Shown: in pieces, positions 1 to 9,684 of the stretch | How positions within the stretch are numbered: position 1 is the stretch's first letter | How the letters are laid out: each line of letters opens with the position of its first letter | Assembly (NCBI GenBank): GCA_963843555.1 | Contig: CAWJKV010000015.1 | Span: 41,353-105,352, forward strand | Direction of reading: 5' to 3' | DNA from: an uncultured Methanosarcinales archaeon | GTDB lineage: Archaea; Halobacteriota; Methanosarcinia; Methanotrichales; Methanotrichaceae | Length of the DNA stretch: 64,000 nucleotides | Made by a program: the position numbers and the translations under genes | Notes under the pieces: generated by a model | Told to the model about the DNA's origin: nothing | What the model saw: only the letters and a program-made list of their open reading frames with translations | Databases searched by the model: none

Positions 1-1624
1 CCACAATAGTTGGCACAGTCTCTTTCAATGGCGCTGCTCGGGCCGCAAATACTGCAATGAGGGCATTATGCAACTGAGACAACTTTATGGGTTTGATCAG
101 TGTTACATCCGATAAGTCGGGCTCTATTCGCTGGCCCATGAAAGCTAGGATCAGTAGGGGCAAAGTTTTGTTGTATTTGCGAATTATTCTGGCCAGGGGC
201 ATGCCATCTATTTCCGGCATATCAATATCCAGGGCAACAGCGTCGAAGGGATTGCCGCTCTGGACCAATCGGACGGCTTCCTGAACCGAGTCGATGACTG
301 TGGGAATCATGCCCCAATCCCAGGCCTGAAGGCTAAGGATATTTCGAATGGTCTTATTTCCTTCAACAATGAGAAGGCGTTTTCCCTGAAGAGAGGGCTG
401 GATTCCGGCAAATGGCAATGTGCTGATAACATGCTCCGCCCTGATTGTGAAATGGATGGTGGATCCAACTCCAACCTTGCTTTCCGCCCAGATCTTTCCG
501 CTCATCAATTCGACGAGTTTCTTGCTTATCGCAAGTCCCAATCCCGTTCCCGTGTATTTTTTTGTGATGGGATCATTGGCATTGCTAAACGATTCGAAAT
601 CAGCCTGGCTAAATGACTCGGAAAGGCGATCCATCGCCTGGCTATACGACTCAAAAAGGTGATCTATCTTATTTGGCGGGATGCCGATGCCTGTATCCTT
701 AATCGCGAAATGAATTTCATATGGAGAACCAGAAAGCTTGGAAGAAGCTGATACCAGGACTTCTCCCTTCTCTGTGAATTTAACCGAGTTATTGAGCAGG
801 TTGACCAGGATCTGACGCAGCCTGTCCTTATCTCCAATGATCACCCCGGGCGTATTTTTATCTATTATGCAGGCCAGATTTAGCTTCTTCTCTGCCGCCT
901 TTAATGCCACTGAATCAAGAGCTTCTTCAATGCAATCGCGCAAGTTGAAATCCTGGACTTCGAGAGTTATTGTTTCCCGCTCAATCTTTGTAAAATCCAG
1001 TATGTTGTTTATTATCGACATCAGAGCATCGCCGCTGACCTTGATAGTCTCTACGAAATCTCTCTGCTCAGGAGTCAGTTTTTCATCAAGAAGGAGGCTT
1101 GTCATGCCTATTATTGTATTCATGGGAGTACGAATCTCGTAGCTCATATCAGCCATGAATTGCTTATACGTTGTCAAAAGCTCGATAACGCTCTTTTCAT
1201 CATTTATATAATACTTTTTTTCTCGCCCTGATTTCTCATGAAATAATATTTTTCTATCTTCTAAGGTATTGATGTATTTGGATGCGGTGGAGGAGCCTAT
1301 CGATAATTTGTCAACTATTTGGGAAAATGTCATACCAGGAGAATCGATTAAGACCAGGATAATATCACGGAAACGCTTCTGTTGAAGCAGCGGAGTCAAA
1401 GTCTTCTCGAGAGGTTTGAGTTTACCGGATGCAAAATATACCTTCAGATTTTTTTGTTTTTGGCAGACTATTGACCCCTTCTTTTCCAAATAATCGAGAT
1501 GATATCTCAGAGTACTCAGGCGGATATCAAGATCCCTTGCTATTTTCCTCAGATGAGAGCCAGGGTTGTCTGATATGTATTCCAGAACCACTCTACGATT
1601 ATCGACGCCAACGTCCTCTTGCAT
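1..1624 (-). CDS. Tandem winged-HTH / HisKA / HATPase_c / receiver fusion protein (hybrid histidine-kinase-like, 3' end outside the window)
   Basis: Absent from the ORF track because it has no stop in the window. Manual translation from ATG 1624 is open to position 1: MQEDVGVDNRRVVLEYISDNPGSHLRKIARDL...LRYHLDYLEK (wHTH1), DSPGMTFSQIVDKLSIGSSTASKYINTL (wHTH2), MSYEIRTPMN (H-box), RLRQILVNLLNNSVKFT (N-box), DTGIGI (G1), GTGLGLAI (G2), LDIDMPEIDG...KP (REC). Confidence 0.9.
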   Translation of the reverse strand, partial: MQEDVGVDNRRVVLEYISDNPGSHLRKIARDLDIRLSTLRYHLDYLEKKGSIVCQKQKNLKVYFASGKLKPLEKTLTPLLQQKRFRDIILVLIDSPGMTFSQIVDKLSIGSSTASKYINTLEDRKILFHEKSGREKKYYINDEKSVIELLTTYKQFMADMSYEIRTPMNTIIGMTSLLLDEKLTPEQRDFVETIKVSGDALMSIINNILDFTKIERETITLEVQDFNLRDCIEEALDSVALKAAEKKLNLACIIDKNTPGVIIGDKDRLRQILVNLLNNSVKFTEKGEVLVSASSKLSGSPYEIHFAIKDTGIGIPPNKIDHLFESYSQAMDRLSESFSQADFESFSNANDPITKKYTGTGLGLAISKKLVELMSGKIWAESKVGVGSTIHFTIRAEHVISTLPFAGIQPSLQGKRLLIVEGNKTIRNILSLQAWDWGMIPTVIDSVQEAVRLVQSGNPFDAVALDIDMPEIDGMPLARIIRKYNKTLPLLILAFMGQRIEPDLSDVTLIKPIKLSQLHNALIAVFAARAAPLKETVPTIV

Positions 1625-1915
1625 ATGATATTGAACCCTTTTTAGTTTAAATTTTATACAATGACGTATCCGAAACTGATGCAATTTTGGGTCTATTTAA
1701 GGATTTCCTATTAAGAGTTCGGAAATTGTCCCAAATTGCTCTATTTCATTCTGACATTGCATTCTGATTGACTCACACTTATTAATAGTATATGCTCTCC
1801 GTCAATTATCATGATTCCAATTTGATGAAATCACACGACGAGCTTAAGAAATTTGTCAACCAGAAATTTGCTGGCTGAAAAAGTAGATATGATACATCCT
1901 ACTAGCATTTGAAAG

Positions 1916-2260
1916 ATGCCAAACTTCAACGTCTTGCTGGAGGGTGCCTGGCTGGTCAGAGATGTCAAGACAGAAGATGACGCCATCGGAGTGGCCATTT
2001 CTGAGGCAGGCAAGAGATTGAACCAGAGAAAGATGGATTTTGTAGAGGTAGAGATGGGCCAGTGGGATTGCCCTGAGTGCAAGGAACCCCTCGCGGGCGT
2101 CTTTCTCGTCGCCAGCACCGCACTGGTGGCCCTGCTCTTTGAGATAAAGATCTTCAATGCAGAGAGCCAGGAGCATGCAGGACGAATAGCCAAATCCACG
2201 ATAGGAAAGGCCCTGGGAACCATCCCCCTTCGAGTGCTGGAGATAGATCCGATCAATTAG
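1916..2260 (+). CDS. UPF0212/DUF555 family protein
   Basis: VRDVKTEDDAIGVAISEAGKRLN, CPEC zinc motif and FNAESQEHAGRIAKS match this archaeal family. Confidence 0.8.
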   Translation: MPNFNVLLEGAWLVRDVKTEDDAIGVAISEAGKRLNQRKMDFVEVEMGQWDCPECKEPLAGVFLVASTALVALLFEIKIFNAESQEHAGRIAKSTIGKALGTIPLRVLEIDPIN

Positions 2261-2299
2261 ACAGCCATTCTTTCCTTAAAAGGCGGGTCTTGAGGACGA

Positions 2300-4600
2300 T
2301 TATTTTTTGCCCAATCCGGAAATTCCGGTCTTTGTATCCCCCAGAGTGGAATAGCCCTTACGACCTGTATCTCCCAGCCCCAGCGATTTTGCCAGCTCCC
2401 TGAGATCCCTCTTGCCAGGTTTTCTGGTTTTGGTCCTCTTTGGCGTCGGTTCCACATTGTATATGCGTTTCTCAGGAATTTTCTCCATCCTCCACTGCGC
2501 GATCTTCTCCTTGATCATTTCCTGGCCCTCTTTTGCGTCTACCAATATCAATTCCGATCTCACCCATTCGGGGAAGAACTGGTTGACGCCGCCCAGATTG
2601 TCGTCTCCAAAACGACGATCGCAAAACAGAAGGACGCCTCTTTCAGACTCGGCGCGAATGACCCGGCCCGCAGCCTGCAATCCCCGATTCATAGCGGGCA
2701 GGGTATAGGCTATGAGCATCCCTTTCGTCTTGCCATATTTTTTGATGTAGTAGCCATTGATCTCTTTTTGAATCTCATCATAGGCAGCCAGCGGCAGGCC
2801 CACTACGGCCACGCCATTGAGGGCTTCTCCCTTGTAATCAATTCCTTCCGCCAGCTTTCCGCCACATACTCCCGTCAAGACTGCGCCTGCACGGCGGCCG
2901 AGGGAGAAGAACTCCTCCAGCAACTCTGGAACCTCGTCAGCGCTGCGAGGCTCAATGCAAAGCTTCTTTCCCACCTTTCTTGAGGATACGAGGCACACAT
3001 CCCTGTAATTATTCATCATGGGGTAAGAGGTAAAGAAGACAGCCACATTTCCAGGAACATACTCAATTATCGATCTGATATGTCCGGATATTTCCTCCCT
3101 GTTGTCTGCATCGTCCCTGATCTCCAGCTGGGTTGTTGCCTTTTTTGCAGCCAGGAGCAGGCGGTTTTCTCTGGGAAATGGATTGGGCAGGCTGAGCTTT
3201 TGCGCTCTGCCTTCTTCCCCCAGACAGTATAGCTCGTACGCCTCCAGCGGCGAAAAGGTGCCGGAGAGCATTACAGTAGCGCTGATGTTATCGGTGATGC
3301 GCCGGATGTTGGCAGCGGGATCGATATTATTGACCTCCAGGCGGACGAACCTCTTTTGCCCTGAGCCGCTCACCACAATCTTCCTCTGGTAGGATGGATC
3401 ATTTTCAGCCGTCTCCACATCCCTGAGAAAGAGAAGCACAAGCGCAAGACTCGGCTGGATGTCTCCTTGCAGGTTTTCTTTGTCCCCCTCGGCCAGATTC
3501 AGATCGGCGACAGCCACAGAGACGTCTGAGAAATAGGATAGAGCTTCGTCAATATCCGCCACACCATTGTAGAGGAAGGAGCGGAACAGATCTGCATCCA
3601 GCAGAACTTCTCCCTCCGGCATCCTTTCCTGGCGGCTCTGCAAAAATCTCTTCAGACGGGGAAGCAGCATCCGTATAACCCTGATTCCTTCCCTCCTCCA
3701 GGAAGCTCCCGCTCGCGTTTCCTCGAGCCTTGCCTGGCCCAATGTGCCTTCGAACTTTTCCACCTCCTTCTCGGCAAGATCTACCATGCGAAGTGTGAGA
3801 AGCCGCGAGTTCATAGCCCGCACTGCATCGCCCAGGTTATGGGCTTCATCTATAATCAGGGTAACCTTTTCTGAATCTATCTCCAGCCATTGGAATATGA
3901 TATCCTGAAAGTCAGGGCTGAAGAGGTGAGAATAATTCATTATCACAATGTCGCTATTCTTGGCATAGAGGCTCATTATCTCATAAGGGCAGATGCCCTG
4001 GCACGAATCAGGAAGCCCGGAAGGAGGCGTGACCCTCTTCTTCAAGCCTTCCACCACGTCAATAGCACGGCTGGATCTCCGAAAATGGACTTTTCCATTA
4101 AGCTCGAAGCCCTCCCTGCTTTTCAGGTAATAGGGGCAGAAGGTCCTATAGCCAGGCTCTTCTTCGGGTATGCTGTCGGAACTGGGATCATAGACGCTGG
4201 CATTACTTTTGCCGATGCGGGTGGAGACATAATTTTTTGTCCATTCTCGAAGCCTGGAGCAGCCGGCATAAACGCTCTCACCCCGAAACTCCTTTTCCAG
4301 GGGACAGATCCTCTGCTTGCCGACCATGTAAGCGATCTCCGGCTTATGACGGGTTTTGGACCATATGCGGTTAATCTCATCGATGTAGATATCGATCTGA
4401 GATACTGTTCTCACAGCTACCACTATCTTTCCGGGGGCCGCGGATAAAGCAGCGCTGATGCAACTCGTCTTTCCTGTGCCGGTGGGCGCATCTATCATCA
4501 GCACACCATGCTCTCCAATGCTTACCACATCGTAGACCGCGTCCAGCATCCTGTCCTGGTAGGGCCTGAGGGACTCATAAGGGAAATAGTCCAGGTACAC
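2300..4600 (-). CDS. Rad3/XPD/DinG-family ATP-dependent DNA helicase
   Basis: Q motif FPYESLRPYQ, Walker A APTGTGKT, Fe-S cysteines (ICP, CPYY, CPYE), IIDEAHN, SGT, EGID, QAAGRVIR. Confidence 0.93.
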   Translation of the reverse strand: MYLDYFPYESLRPYQDRMLDAVYDVVSIGEHGVLMIDAPTGTGKTSCISAALSAAPGKIVVAVRTVSQIDIYIDEINRIWSKTRHKPEIAYMVGKQRICPLEKEFRGESVYAGCSRLREWTKNYVSTRIGKSNASVYDPSSDSIPEEEPGYRTFCPYYLKSREGFELNGKVHFRRSSRAIDVVEGLKKRVTPPSGLPDSCQGICPYEIMSLYAKNSDIVIMNYSHLFSPDFQDIIFQWLEIDSEKVTLIIDEAHNLGDAVRAMNSRLLTLRMVDLAEKEVEKFEGTLGQARLEETRAGASWRREGIRVIRMLLPRLKRFLQSRQERMPEGEVLLDADLFRSFLYNGVADIDEALSYFSDVSVAVADLNLAEGDKENLQGDIQPSLALVLLFLRDVETAENDPSYQRKIVVSGSGQKRFVRLEVNNIDPAANIRRITDNISATVMLSGTFSPLEAYELYCLGEEGRAQKLSLPNPFPRENRLLLAAKKATTQLEIRDDADNREEISGHIRSIIEYVPGNVAVFFTSYPMMNNYRDVCLVSSRKVGKKLCIEPRSADEVPELLEEFFSLGRRAGAVLTGVCGGKLAEGIDYKGEALNGVAVVGLPLAAYDEIQKEINGYYIKKYGKTKGMLIAYTLPAMNRGLQAAGRVIRAESERGVLLFCDRRFGDDNLGGVNQFFPEWVRSELILVDAKEGQEMIKEKIAQWRMEKIPEKRIYNVEPTPKRTKTRKPGKRDLRELAKSLGLGDTGRKGYSTLGDTKTGISGLGKK

Positions 4601-4699
4601 AGAAAGAGGATGTTGCTGGGAAGAGATAAATGCTATCCATAGGGCGGAATAGAAAAGTTGAAATTGTATTAATGACTTTCTAATTTTGTAGCTCTGAAG

Positions 4700-5278
4700 G
4701 TGGGGATGATGAAGGGGATAATTACAGTTCTGATTATATTAATAGCGGCCTATCTCTTTTCGGCAACGTCTTCTGGGGGCGGCGAGAGCGCCTCGAGCAT
4801 TTTGGGGTATGAGAATTCAGGGGCGCTGGAAACCGGTGCAGATATGAAGAGGGTTGAGGTCAGGATGAGTGAAGCTCTGAGTGAACTTGAAGCTCACAGG
4901 CGAGTCGCGATTGACAAAAAGAAAGCTTCCGACATTATTAACACCAATCTATCTGTGTCAGAGAATAATTCCACAAATTCTTCCGCCATGAATTCCTCGG
5001 CACTCAACTCATCTGTGGCCGATCTCCCTGCCGACAAAGCAATTAGATCAGCATTCAGTGAATCCGGGGAAGAAGCATCTTCTGAAGGCTCTCTCAACGA
5101 AAGCGGTTATGCGGAGCCAGAAGAAATTGGTGCCAATTCCAGGGCCAGCTTCAAAGGCTTTTACGGCATCACTGCCTCCCAGCATGAGGTGGGCAAGAAC
5201 GATATCGATTCCAGGACTTTCCTGAGCGGAACCTTTTCCATGGACAAGACGGTAAAATTCCAGGATAGAGGCATCTAG
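4700..5278 (+). CDS. Secreted/membrane-anchored hypothetical protein
   Basis: N-terminal hydrophobic signal, Ser/Asn-rich linker with N-glycosylation sequons, C-terminal FLSGTFSMDKTVKF. Confidence 0.7.
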   Translation: MGMMKGIITVLIILIAAYLFSATSSGGGESASSILGYENSGALETGADMKRVEVRMSEALSELEAHRRVAIDKKKASDIINTNLSVSENNSTNSSAMNSSALNSSVADLPADKAIRSAFSESGEEASSEGSLNESGYAEPEEIGANSRASFKGFYGITASQHEVGKNDIDSRTFLSGTFSMDKTVKFQDRGI

Positions 5279-5283
5279 GGTCA

Positions 5284-6573
5284 ATGGATGTGCCAATGAC
5301 AATGAATTGTTGCCCCAAAAAGATCCTATCGATCGCCCTCGTCTCTCTCATCTTTGTCTCGTTAATCTCTATTTTTCTTGTTCTGGCGGAATCCAATTCA
5401 GCCTATGGAGCTGAGCCCAGAGAGGAATGGAATAAGACCTATGGGGGAAGGTATGGAGATGGCGCCTGGTGCCTGCAAGTGACGTTGGATGGAGGTTATA
5501 TCCTGGTCGGCAATACGGCAACCAGAGGAGAGGGAAGCGACCTGTGGCTGATTAAAACAGATCAATATGGAAACCCTATCTGGAGCAGAATTCTCGGAGG
5601 ATCAGGCGAGGACATCGGATATTTCGTGAAGGAGGCAAATGACGACGGTTTCATCATCACGGGAAGCACGAAGTCCTTCGGCATGGGCGAGGAAAGGCTC
5701 TGGCTGATCAAGACGGATGGCAATGGGAGCCTAATCTGGGATAAAACCTTTGGGGGATTCGTATCCTCTTCCGGTGACGGTGGGTGGTCCGTCGATGAGA
5801 CCAAAGATGGGGGTTACATCGCCACGGGCTATACCCAGTCTCTGGGCAGAGGAAGAAAAGACCTCTGGCTCCTGAAGACCGATGATCTGGGAAACAGGGT
5901 CTGGGATCGTACTTACGGCGGACGGGAGGACGATGTGGGTATTTCGGTTCTGCAGAGCCGGGATGGGGGATACATTGCGGCAGGTCGGACAGCATCCTTT
6001 GGAAAAGGTGGAGATGACATCTGGCTCTTGAAAACCGATTCACAGGGAAAAGAGGCCTGGAATGCTACTTTTGGGGGCAGCAAGGATGACGCCGGCTTTC
6101 AGGTGGTGGAGCTCAAGGACGGCTATGCTCTGGTGGGCAGGACAGAATCTGGCTCCGATAACAATAGAATCATTCTCATCAGAACCGATCTCGCGGGTCG
6201 AGAGCTTTGGGAGAGTACCTACCAGGGGGGTTCGGGCGCATCTCTGCAGCCGACAACCGACGGCGGCTTCATCATCGCAGGACGGATTGATAGCAAGGAA
6301 TCGGGAAGAGATGCCCTCATTATCAAGATCGATTCCAGGGGTAACGAGGCGTGGGCACGAGTCTTTGGAGGTGGGGCAGATGATATCGGCACCTTTGCCG
6401 TGCAAAACCGAGATGGAGACTATATTATGGCAGGCATAACCAACACTTTTGGATCTGGAGCAGAAGACGCCTGGCTTATCAAGATGCGAATGGAAATCCC
6501 TCTTCACAATTCGACGAAGTTGCAGAATTTGACTCGGTCATTTCATGCCATAGCTCTACATCCTGTGACTTAG
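5284..6573 (+). CDS. Secreted beta-propeller repeat protein
   Basis: Signal peptide followed by ~7 repeats of W.kTyGG..D...v..t.DGGyi..G.T.s.G.g..DlWLiKtD. Confidence 0.85.
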   Translation: MDVPMTMNCCPKKILSIALVSLIFVSLISIFLVLAESNSAYGAEPREEWNKTYGGRYGDGAWCLQVTLDGGYILVGNTATRGEGSDLWLIKTDQYGNPIWSRILGGSGEDIGYFVKEANDDGFIITGSTKSFGMGEERLWLIKTDGNGSLIWDKTFGGFVSSSGDGGWSVDETKDGGYIATGYTQSLGRGRKDLWLLKTDDLGNRVWDRTYGGREDDVGISVLQSRDGGYIAAGRTASFGKGGDDIWLLKTDSQGKEAWNATFGGSKDDAGFQVVELKDGYALVGRTESGSDNNRIILIRTDLAGRELWESTYQGGSGASLQPTTDGGFIIAGRIDSKESGRDALIIKIDSRGNEAWARVFGGGADDIGTFAVQNRDGDYIMAGITNTFGSGAEDAWLIKMRMEIPLHNSTKLQNLTRSFHAIALHPVT

Positions 6574-6646
6574 TTGGATATCATTGTCGTCAGCATCCCT
6601 CAACCAATAGACAAAAAATTTTTAAAAGATGAGATGCAATAGCTGA

Positions 6647-7366
6647 ATGATGCCAACAACCGTCAGGATATCGGATATAAGCCTCTATCTGCGTTGCCCC
6701 AGGCTGGTTTACTTTGAGGCTCTGGGAAGTATGCCCAGAAAGAACAATGCCCGGCATATCCTCATACGTAGCCTGATGCTCACCCTATCAAAAAAAAGCG
6801 ATCTGGAAAGCCAGCTAAGAGAGGCTCTGATGAGGTTGGAAGAGGAGCTGCCTCTGGTTTATGAGATTGAGGTCGCAGAGCTCGGACCCGTCTGCCGGGA
6901 GATGGAGGGAAAGATTGCATCGATCGCTGAAAACCTCGCTGAATACATCGATTATCTCCTGCCGTATGAACCGGAAGTGGACCTCTGTTCAGAGAAACTG
7001 GGTCTATCGGGAAGGCTGGATCGACTTGCGCCGGGCAGTACCCCGTCTCTCATCCGCACTTGTCAGGCACCAGAGAACGGAGTCTGGAAGAGAGATAGGC
7101 TCACAATAGCTGGTTATGCTCTGCTATTGGGAGAGAAGCATAAGATGAGAATAGATCACGGGCTTGTGGAATATGCGAGCTTTGGCCTTATGCGAACGGT
7201 TCAGATTCATAGCGTGGATAGAGCCCGGGTGTTGCGCATACGCGATAGAATAAAGCAAATAAAAGAAGGCCAGCTTCCCGATCGCCCGGATGGTTCCCGT
7301 TGCCAGACGTGTATGGCGTCGGAGATATGCGAGACCCGTCAAACCCTAGCTTCAAGATTTTTTTAG
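6647..7366 (+). CDS. Solo Cas4/Dna2-like PD-(D/E)xK-fold protein with degenerate active site
   Basis: ISDISLYLRCPR...LGLSGRLD...C-x2-C-x5-C Fe-S staple pattern; no cas1/cas2 or array nearby. Confidence 0.8.
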   Translation: MMPTTVRISDISLYLRCPRLVYFEALGSMPRKNNARHILIRSLMLTLSKKSDLESQLREALMRLEEELPLVYEIEVAELGPVCREMEGKIASIAENLAEYIDYLLPYEPEVDLCSEKLGLSGRLDRLAPGSTPSLIRTCQAPENGVWKRDRLTIAGYALLLGEKHKMRIDHGLVEYASFGLMRTVQIHSVDRARVLRIRDRIKQIKEGQLPDRPDGSRCQTCMASEICETRQTLASRFF

Positions 7367-7507
7367 CTTATGAAGAACCCCTGACAGAAGACCGGCTAAA
7401 CCCATAACTTATAAAGGGGTAGCCTCCTTTATATTGCAGACTCAGCACATTTCAAGCTGATGGCAGGCTGCCCCTTGGGCCGCCTGCCGATTAAGAGGAC
7501 GTATAAG

Positions 7508-8611
7508 ATGGCAACCATAGAGGAGCAGATTAAGGCGCTGGAAGAGGAGATCTTTAACACCCAGAAGAACAAGGCCACTGAGCATCATCTGGGTAAGATC
7601 AAGGCCAAGATCGCGAAGTTAAAGGCACAGCAAGAACTTCAGAAAATCAAAGGCGGCGGCGGTGGCAGAAGATACTATATCAAGAAGTCCGGCGACGCAA
7701 CTGTGGCCCTGGTTGGTTTCCCATCCGTAGGAAAGTCCAGCCTGCTCAACTACCTGACGGGATCCAAGTCTGAGGTTGCCGCATATCAATTCACTACCCT
7801 GGAGGTCATTCCGGGCGTCATGAAATACAAAGGCGCTGAGATCCAGATACTGGATATGCCGGGCATCATCAAAGGAGCTGCGAAGGGCAAAGGAAGGGGT
7901 AGAGAGGTCATAACGGCAGCTCGCGCGGCAGATATAATACTGCTACTGGGAGACGTATTCAACTATAAGCTGAATATCCTGGAGCGCGAGCTCTATGACG
8001 CAGGCATCCGGCTGGACAGGCAGCCTCCTAACATTCACATTACTCAGGAGAAGAAAGGCGGAATAATCGTGCGCAGTACGGTCCCTCTCACCAACATGAC
8101 CGAGTTCGAGATCGCAGAGATCATACGCGCCTACGGCATAGTGAACGCCAATGTCACCATCCGCGAAGATATCGATACGGATAGCCTGGTAGACTTCCTG
8201 GCTGGTAACAGAGTCTATATTCCATCTGTGGTGGCCATAAACAAGTTCGATCTGCGCTACGGAGGAGTCGAGAACAGGATTCGAGAGGAGCTAGACAGAG
8301 ACTATCTCCCTGTCTCTTGCGCGACACTTGAGGGTTTGGAGGAGCTGAAGGATATGATTTACCAAAAGCTGGGCTTCATTCGTGTCTATCTCAAGCCGAA
8401 AGGGGGCAAAGCGGATCTGGAAGAGCCGTTGGTGCTCTTGGACGGAAGCACTGTTAAGTCGGTCTGCGAGCATCTTCATCGCGACTTCGTGAATCTCTTC
8501 CGCTATGGTCTGGTCTGGGGCAAGAGCGCCAAGTTCCCGGGCCAATCGATCGGTCTGGACCATGAGCTCAAGGACTGTGATATACTCTCCATAATCACGA
8601 AGAGAAGGTAA
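7508..8611 (+). CDS. DRG/OBG-family GTP-binding protein with TGS domain
   Basis: TQKNKATEHH, GFPSVGKS, FTT, DMPG, NKFD and C-terminal TGS domain; start placed at MATIEEQ. Confidence 0.95.
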   Translation: MATIEEQIKALEEEIFNTQKNKATEHHLGKIKAKIAKLKAQQELQKIKGGGGGRRYYIKKSGDATVALVGFPSVGKSSLLNYLTGSKSEVAAYQFTTLEVIPGVMKYKGAEIQILDMPGIIKGAAKGKGRGREVITAARAADIILLLGDVFNYKLNILERELYDAGIRLDRQPPNIHITQEKKGGIIVRSTVPLTNMTEFEIAEIIRAYGIVNANVTIREDIDTDSLVDFLAGNRVYIPSVVAINKFDLRYGGVENRIREELDRDYLPVSCATLEGLEELKDMIYQKLGFIRVYLKPKGGKADLEEPLVLLDGSTVKSVCEHLHRDFVNLFRYGLVWGKSAKFPGQSIGLDHELKDCDILSIITKRR

Positions 8612-8761
8612 GCGACAATTCCGCATTCTAACCAACAAGTATATATGCCAATCTATCCTTTAGACGATGCTGCATTATTGCGTCGATCAAAGAGATTTGT
8701 TGAGATGTTTTCTGTGGCAGTTTCGATTCTTTGAATCGATTCAAAAGGTACGTGAATTAAA

Positions 8762-8962
8762 ATGTTTGAGCGAAAATATGAAAACAGCGGTAGCAGCAGC
8801 AGAGGCGGCTACAATAGCGGTCCGAGAGAAATGACAGATGTTACTTGTTCAGAATGCGGGAAGCAAACCCAGGTCCCCTTCAAGCCGGATGGATCCAGGC
8901 CGGTTTACTGCAGCGAGTGCTATCAGAAGCACAGACCTGCCAGGGCACCCAGAAGATACTAA
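8762..8962 (+). CDS. CxxC-x17-CxxC small zinc-ribbon protein
   Basis: GPREMTDVTCSECGKQTQVPFKPDGSRPVYCSECY. Confidence 0.92.
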   Translation: MFERKYENSGSSSRGGYNSGPREMTDVTCSECGKQTQVPFKPDGSRPVYCSECYQKHRPARAPRRY

Positions 8963-9134
8963 GCCGATTTGATTATTCCTATAATCGATCTGTTCTAATT
9001 GACAGCGTTCGCAACAGGGCGTACAAAAAGAACGCGCGGCGAAGATCTTCGGCGCCGCGCAGATTTTTAACTCATCGCCGCTTGGTGCGGCTCTTTGAAA
9101 AGTTGGACTATTTGGCAGGGGCTGGCAAAGGAGC

Positions 9135-9584
9135 ATGAAGATGATTGAGCACAAGCAGATCGCAGTTTTTGATCCGACATCAAACGGAGTGATTGAGGTG
9201 GACGAAGGAATAGCCCCTCTGCTCAAAGCCATCTGGGATTTTGGAATCACGACCTGCAATTCTTGCCAGGAGAACAGGCCGGGAGTTGTGTGGATAGAAT
9301 TTCTCACGACAGGAGATGCAGAGACGTTCTTGACTCGTGTGATATCCGGCCTCGATCCGTTTAATAGCCCAGACGCTGATAATTGGCTTTACTCCAGAAT
9401 AATTGGCGAAAACGGTGGCTGGAAGTATAACGCTCATCCACATGACATAAGAGAATACCTGGACGATGATTTAGGGGTAATCGAATTGAACTCCTCCCAA
9501 GCATGTGAAATAGGACTCTCGTTATCGGTTCGATTTCCGGTTGCAGATTACGAAAGGTTGCTCGAACTGGTGGGGAGAAGATAG
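9135..9584 (+). CDS. Hypothetical protein with a TYW3-like N-terminal motif
   Basis: 149 aa ORF with GGAG RBS; VDEGIAPLLKAIWDFGITTCNSC motif. Confidence 0.65.
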   Translation: MKMIEHKQIAVFDPTSNGVIEVDEGIAPLLKAIWDFGITTCNSCQENRPGVVWIEFLTTGDAETFLTRVISGLDPFNSPDADNWLYSRIIGENGGWKYNAHPHDIREYLDDDLGVIELNSSQACEIGLSLSVRFPVADYERLLELVGRR

Positions 9585-9684
9585 TGTTGCTAAGCTGGAA
9601 TAATTGTATCGATAATAGACTTATGATGATGTTAAATAATTAGCAGATAATCGATATCAGAATAGGGTATGTGGAGGAATCTAT

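Noticed and set aside
6647..7366. CRISPR-Cas locus suggested by the Cas4-like gene
   Set aside because: No cas1, cas2 or effector genes and no repeat-spacer array anywhere in the window.
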